Of a stretch of DNA of 64,000 nucleotides, positions 58,401 to 64,000 are shown one piece after another. The position numbers and the translations under genes were made by a program. This DNA is from Neophaeotheca triangularis (lineage: Eukaryota). The stretch is from positions 1 through 64,000 of the forward strand of contig BAAIJX010000004.1 in the NCBI GenBank assembly GCA_054600435.1, in the 5' to 3' direction. Under the pieces are notes generated by a model. That model did not search any database. It saw nothing but the letters and a program-made list of their open reading frames with translations, and was not told the DNA's origin. Numbering within the stretch: the first letter of the stretch is position 1; each line of letters starts with the position of its first letter.

Positions 58401-58697
58401 TATTAGTATTAAGGTAACTAGTAAAGACAAGACTAGTTAATAGTACTTAGTAAAGATAAGAGGAGCTAGTTATAGTAGTAGGAAAGGTTAGAGAACTATA
58501 GTAGGAGGAGTAGGCCTTTTTATAGTGCTATGTTCTTTTAGGAGCTTTCTAAAAGTGACAGTAATACCTTCCTATTACTAGTAGCTTCTACGTAATAACG
58601 TATAGTAGCGCGTGTTAGCGGTAAATGCCGCAAAACGCAGCATTCATATAGTTACTACTAAAAAGGGCATTCACGTGTTACTTAATAGTAGGGAGAG

Positions 58698-58853
58698 TAT
58701 TATAATAAGCCGTACTGCGTAGTACGTAACAGATGCCTAAGGCAGAATGCCTAAGGTAGAAGCTGCAACCTGTCTTTACAGGCTTTACTACAAGTACCTA
58801 GTTTAGTCCTTAGTAATCAATCAATCGAGTTCGTGCCGCTGCATATTACAATA
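58698..58853 (+). repeat. 3' LTR
   Basis: TATTATAAT...ATTACAATA; differs from the 5' LTR only by CpA/TpG to TpA transitions. Confidence 0.96.
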
Positions 58854-59494
58854 GAAGCCTGAGGCAGCATGTCTTGGCAAAATTGACTACACTAACACTA
58901 CTCGAATCGAATGACGACCATTTCACGGTTGCCTCTGCAAAAACAAGTCAAACGAGCAAATGGCCAGACATGAGGCGACGCCTAGGGATTCGCGACCTCC
59001 TCGAAGACTCCATGACTTTGCTGTGACGTGAGATATCAGTATCCAACTCCCCTTAGCCCCAGCTTGGGAGAGCATTCAAGGCACTCAAAAGGCGGGCCTT
59101 TCTGTGCTTCGTCTTAGACTTGCACTTGCGGGAAGGGTGGCCTACAACATTACTGCTTTACTAGTGGAGCGAATGAAGCCCAGCCACTGGACGGTAGCCT
59201 GTCTATGCACTGGAACGGGGCTGTCGACGTTTTCGAAACCGGCCCTATGATTGGAGCACGAGGGTCGTCGCGCAGACTGACAGAAAGAGATGTTGCAACC
59301 TGTACGCCATCACCCAGTTATCGTTCGGCTTCTTCAAATGGTTCGGCTTGACATGCGCAAGGATGGCTTAAACACCCTCCGCCGCCCTATTTATGTCAGG
59401 CTTCAAATTCAACATTCTCCCAGCATTTAACTATTCTGGATAATTTTTGTTCATCGGCAACTTTTCGATACACTGCAAATTGCCTGGTCTCATT

Positions 59495-60535
59495 ATGGAG
59501 CTCCAAAGCTGGTTAGTAAAAATAGCCCTTCGATACAGGGCCTTCAGAGGCGTAATCTCCTGGCTCTCCCTGCTTGCCTGCGCAATTATCATCGCACGCA
59601 AAAAGACAATCATCCAGGGGCTGTCCCGAGCGTTTTCGCCACGGAAACAACCGCTTTATTTTGCAATCCTGATGGCTGCAATCACGTACAATCGCAAGTC
59701 TATACCGCTGTATTGGCATTTGCGACTCCTCGGGTCACTTTTATTTGGGACCTTCTTGACGCCCCCCAAGCTACCGGATGGTGCAATCTGGCAAGCCTCC
59801 GTCGGTACAGGCCTTCATTCCCCCCTTGGCGACTGCGACTTTCTAGGTCACAAATCGAACAGTACCTACTTCGCCGATCTCGACGTCGCCCGCGCTCAAC
59901 ATCTTTCTCGGCTCATGGGCTCTGCGATCCGGAGTCAGCGCCCTACTTTGTTAGCTGTAGAAGCGATCTTGCAGCAAAATGGTAGTCAATCGAAGAACTT
60001 TGCGATATCCGATGCTTCTACGGGACATATGGTTATCGCGTTGGGTGGTGTTGGAATGCACTTTTACCGGGAAATCAAGCCTTATGAAAGATTTGAAATC
60101 CATTCGCGCATCTTGTCCTGGGACGAGAAATGGATATACATCATTTCTCACTTCGTGGGACCGAATAGCAACAAACGTGGCCCAGCCACGGCAACATCGG
60201 ACGAGGCCGGAGGAGATAAGACTGACATTCGGGCATCGAGCATTGCGCGGGTTGTGGTCAAAAAGGGTCGCCTGACCATACCGCCGGAGATAGCACTACG
60301 GGCGCAGGATCTTCTTCCGCCTAGAGAGGCTGCGGATCATGCTGGAGAAGACATCACCGCGAGCACAGCTTCTGACTGGACTTGTAAGGCTGTGGAAGAA
60401 AAGCGGCTGCAAGGTCTTAGGCTGGCCGAGGCATTTGATGTGCTTGGGCAAAAGGAAAGTGGCTTGCTCCGGCGTGGTCTTGATGACATGCATGACGGAA
60501 ACGAAATCGTGTTTGCGAAGGAAGCCGATTTGTGA
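59495..60535 (+). CDS. Hotdog-fold thioesterase-like protein (THEM6/LcsJ-like)
   Basis: KSIPLYWHLRLL; SPLGDCDFLGHKSNSTYFADLDVAR; FYREIKPYERFEIHSRILSWDEKWIYIISHFV; KKGRLTIPPE. Confidence 0.87.
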   Translation: MELQSWLVKIALRYRAFRGVISWLSLLACAIIIARKKTIIQGLSRAFSPRKQPLYFAILMAAITYNRKSIPLYWHLRLLGSLLFGTFLTPPKLPDGAIWQASVGTGLHSPLGDCDFLGHKSNSTYFADLDVARAQHLSRLMGSAIRSQRPTLLAVEAILQQNGSQSKNFAISDASTGHMVIALGGVGMHFYREIKPYERFEIHSRILSWDEKWIYIISHFVGPNSNKRGPATATSDEAGGDKTDIRASSIARVVVKKGRLTIPPEIALRAQDLLPPREAADHAGEDITASTASDWTCKAVEEKRLQGLRLAEAFDVLGQKESGLLRRGLDDMHDGNEIVFAKEADL

Positions 60536-61023
60536 ACACTTTCCATTAGCGTCGATAGAAATTTAGCTAAAACCTAATACTGGCGGTGACTACTGCGGCA
60601 AAGACAGGCAAGTTGATGAGATTGAGCCAGAATAATACTTGGCAACTCGATCAAATCGCGCGGCTACCGCGATCAGTTTTCTTGGATTTACTGTATCGGG
60701 CCACTTCACCGGGCCAAAAGACCCTATCAGTATCTGACGCCTCCAAGCCGTGGATCTTCTGGCTTCAGCCGTTACGAAGCACTACTGCATGAGTGCTCTG
60801 CGGCTTGGTGCACCCTAATATGCAGCCATTACGGATTGCTATGCGAGACGTCAGAGGACCACCTGCGAGGGTGCAGATCCGTTTCTGTCAGCCCCGAGCT
60901 GCCCAACTTATAATAGTCAAAATGTTTGCTGGCACCTTTACTACTCAAAGTCACGACAGGTCACATTTTGCCCCATTCTCAACTTCTCGTGCCTACCTTC
61001 CGTCCACGTTCGTCGATCAAAAT

Positions 61024-62319
61024 ATGGCAACCTCGCTCCAAGACAGCTGCTTTTCGATCGTCGAACATGAATTCGAAGGCCAGCATATTCGGGGATACCC
61101 AGATGCAACGGCTTGCGATGAGTACCCGGTAAAGCTACATGCAAAACAATACATTCCCAATTGGAACACCGACCCCAAACCCGGCGACACTACCCTGATA
61201 TGCGCGCACGCCAATAGCTTTTGGAAAGAATTGTATGAGCCGCTCTGGCATGATCTCTTGTCCGAGCTCCAGCAACAGGGCGTCGGCGTTCGGTCCATTT
61301 GGATGGCAGATTTCTCCACGCAAGGAGCGAGTGGCGTCTTAAACGAGCCGCACCTCGGCCACGACACATCTTCTGAGGATCATGCTCGAGATTTATTGGC
61401 AATGATCAACAAGTCCCGTGATTCCATGCCGCGCCCGTTGTTTGCGATAGGCCACTCATTCGGCACCGCGCAGCTCATCAACCTGAGCATCATGCATCCC
61501 CGGCTTTTCGAAGGCATTGTTTTGCTCGACCCCATCATTGCAGCCGAGGGCAAACTCATGCCTCCCCATGTGCTCGCAAAGACAACCCAATTAAGGTTGG
61601 CAGCGCCCGATCTCTGGGATACGCCAGAAGCGGCCATGAAAGAGCTTAAGCGGAACCCCTTGTACCAAGGCTGGGATCCTAGAGCGGAGCGCTTGTTTTT
61701 CGAATCTGTTCTTCGACCAACGCCAACACCGCTCTACCCGGACGTAGAGGGGAAGTGGACGCTCCGAACGACCAAGCATAGCGGCATTTTTGCGGAACTT
61801 CGCGCAAATCTTGAGGGACACGGCCTAGATAGCTCCCTTGCGACAATACAAGGCCGCACAACACATGCCGATGTAGACCCGCACGACTTCTATATAACAC
61901 CCTTCTACAATTCCGCGGTCAGCAAGGCGTTTGAGCAGGTAAAGCATCTACGACCTCCAGTCTTCTTCGTGGTGGGCTCGGCGTCTCCTTTCGGCGGACG
62001 GAAGCAGCTGCGAGACCTGCGTAACCAGGCAGGTATCGGAGTCGGTGGAAGCGGCGGCCTAGCCCTGGGGCAAGTCCATACCGCAGAGCTGAAAGGGGGT
62101 CATCTGTTCCCCATGACACATCCGCATGAGTTGGCTCGACATATCTCCGCCTGGTTGCAACCTCGAGTGGTCGAAGTGCGAGCTCAAGACGCAGAGAGAG
62201 ACAGAGCGAGAAAGGGGGAGACGAGTGCCGAGCGTTATGCCATCTCCAAGGCGCGGGCAGACGTTATTGCGCAGTGGAACGGCAGCCCGCGGGGGAAGCC
62301 ATTCAAGGGTAAATTGTGA
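61024..62319 (+). CDS. Alpha/beta-hydrolase (MpaH/Lpx1-like) with PTS1-like C-terminal GKL
   Basis: HEFEGQHIRGYP, LHAKQYIP, HANSFWKELYEPLW, SIWMAD, GHSFG nucleophile elbow, LLDP, GIGVGGSGG and GHLFPM; ends KPFKGKL. Confidence 0.9.
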   Translation: MATSLQDSCFSIVEHEFEGQHIRGYPDATACDEYPVKLHAKQYIPNWNTDPKPGDTTLICAHANSFWKELYEPLWHDLLSELQQQGVGVRSIWMADFSTQGASGVLNEPHLGHDTSSEDHARDLLAMINKSRDSMPRPLFAIGHSFGTAQLINLSIMHPRLFEGIVLLDPIIAAEGKLMPPHVLAKTTQLRLAAPDLWDTPEAAMKELKRNPLYQGWDPRAERLFFESVLRPTPTPLYPDVEGKWTLRTTKHSGIFAELRANLEGHGLDSSLATIQGRTTHADVDPHDFYITPFYNSAVSKAFEQVKHLRPPVFFVVGSASPFGGRKQLRDLRNQAGIGVGGSGGLALGQVHTAELKGGHLFPMTHPHELARHISAWLQPRVVEVRAQDAERDRARKGETSAERYAISKARADVIAQWNGSPRGKPFKGKL

Positions 62320-62459
62320 ACAGTATAAGAACGGCGGTGGTAAGGAGACTGCTATACAGGGCTCATGTGGTTGTAGCGTTTAGTAAACAACGCGATAATC
62401 GAGCCTGCTAGTTTTGTATCCCTCGAATGTAAGCAGTCTTTCAACCTTACTACGACCGT

Positions 62460-63850
62460 CACCGTGCCGCCAAGCTCATGAACTGATTGGCATGCAACTT
62501 GATCGCCTCTGATTTCGTTTCTTTTGCCCTCTTGCATATCGCACTACTAATAAGGTATGTAGTAACTAGTAAGCCCCCCAGATGGTGCAGTGGTTTTGCC
62601 AAGCCGCGGGTAACGTAGATCTTCCCGATCCCGAGTAACCTAGTTTTCTTACCGTCAAGTCCTAAACCGACGTCACCGTCAAGCAGATCCACCAGAAGCT
62701 GGGCAATGTGGACAATCCACTCTCAACGTTCTGCAGCCGATCGTGCTACAACTACTGGCAAGGTTGTACACACAGCCTTCAACGTGACGCTGTGCTGCTC
62801 CGCAGCGGTACCTTCATCAACAGTTTTTGGGTATCGCCCCGAGCAGAACGCCACCTCGATCTGAAGATCAGGCTCCGTAAACGATGATCGGGAGTAAAAT
62901 GACCGACGGCGGTTTTTTGGGGGCACTATCGTACAATAGTTCCGCCACCGAAACGTCGCAGACGAAGGATCGCAAACGCCGTCTGTTTCCTAGGTCATTT
63001 CTGCCCAGACGACACTATGAAGGATCCCAACACTGTCTGAAAACCATCATTGGAAGAGCAGCATGTATTAGCCGGACCTTCAGTGCCAACCGGTTCCCCC
63101 GGGGGCCATCACTATCCCAACATTCATCTAGGATAGCGCGCACTCGCCGGCCTACCTGACAGTCCCTCGATGTTGAGATTAGAACAAAAGCCGTACTGCC
63201 GCAAAGGGCAAGTGCCAAATGCACATTGGAGAAAGCCCTGAGCCCTCCAATGTCGATCAAACCTCGAGATCGCATCCCGATCGGCTTGCTCGGACGGCTC
63301 ATTCGCCGAGCTGCGAGTAGCTATGTACCCGCCTATGGGATAACCTTGAGGGCCTAAATGCACCTCGCCAGTCGTAGTCAGAACGACGTCAAATCGGTCC
63401 ATTCAAGCCCTCTAGCCAGTGGTAAGATAACACGACGAGTTTTCAGGGGTCATGAGATAACCGAACTCAACCCCTCATTTCACCGCTACGACCACGCGGT
63501 CATACGGAATTCAACTGTTGACACTCGAAGAGGCTCCCTGGCGCCTTTGTGCAGCTGTCTCAGCGATACTTCGATGCTGATTAGTGCGGACGGCCATCCT
63601 TTCGAGCAAGCCTCACTAGAGCATGCGGAAAGTCATGTCCGCGTATATCTTGCCGAGAAACAGCACTGCCGAAGGGACTATCGAAGACATCGCTTCCGAG
63701 CACGTTCCATAGAGTGTTAAAGCCAGAAATTTTGATTGATGCGAGCGCCCTGGGTCTGCCGTTGTGGAGCCGGCATCAGCTCCTGGCGAAGATTGCAGCT
63801 CTTTGTATCGGCAACTCGCTGCGTCGTCAGTCAAACTACAGCCCATCTAG
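62460..63850 (-). pseudogene. Possible decayed fungal transcription-factor (Fungal_trans-like) relic
   Basis: Fragments RRRSFY...IEVAFCSGRYP and GLRAFSNVHLALALCGS loosely resemble the RRR.FW...S...GRP motif; heavily disrupted. Confidence 0.2.
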
Positions 63851-64000
63851 GTAAGTCGTCCTAGGTGCGTGCGGTACAGGCTCTGGGGTCGATGTAGCCG
63901 GCTACGTGCCAGTTCATAACGATTTCATGATTTCATCAGATGTATCGTCAGAAGTTGCTACGCATCGTTGGCAGCCTGAGTAGATGCTACGTTCTCAGGC

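Larger units (their letters stand above)
52336..58853 (+). mobile_element. Full-length Ty1/Copia LTR retrotransposon inactivated by RIP
   Basis: 156-bp LTRs; TSD GAAGC (52331-35 and 58854-58); PBS-like GGTTATAAGCCC at 52492; PPT AGTAGGGAGAG at 58687. Motifs after reversing RIP, in Copia order: PR LDSG (about 53590); INT WHQRLGH, HVDIVGP, SDGGGEF, TPEQNG (54040-54530); RT KYKARWV, LYGLKQ, YVDD (55680-56090); RNase H YSDSDFAG, STEAEY, QLADGLTK (56555-56970). Confidence 0.97.

Overview
Left end of a chromosome from a filamentous ascomycete; the gene content, short introns and RIP signature fit a Dothideomycete-like Pezizomycotina, but the taxon is inferred. It opens with a 150-bp (CCCTAA)n telomere and about 2.2 kb of RIP-mutated AT-rich subtelomeric DNA that holds internal telomere-like tracts, a pair of 25-bp palindromes and a motif repeated about 10 times. 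The conserved gene PEP7/VAC1 follows almost at once. Next come a HET-domain gene and a convergent giant NACHT-ankyrin NLR (about 2740 codons) split by one in-frame TAA, then a partly decayed metabolic block (transcription-factor relic, sulfotransferase-like P-loop protein, amidase pseudogene, two SDRs, GPI-anchored protein, metallo-beta-lactamase). The middle holds a RIP-touched minisatellite and core genes (glycogen phosphorylase, cyclin-like protein, LYR-motif protein, SWI6/Cdc10, GNAT), then a divergent Gfo/Idh/MocA oxidoreductase and MFS sugar transporter. A complete RIP-inactivated 6.5-kb Ty1/Copia element (156-bp LTRs, GAAGC target-site duplication) sits just upstream of a BTB pseudogene. 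The last recognisable genes are a hotdog thioesterase and an alpha/beta-hydrolase ending in GKL. The most unusual signals are the single-stop NLR beside a HET gene, recurring kb-scale C-rich to G-rich skew switches that ignore gene orientation, a Copia insertion beside a copy of its own LTR motif, and a 1.7-kb extra region in that element. All calls were made by eye; no database search was run.
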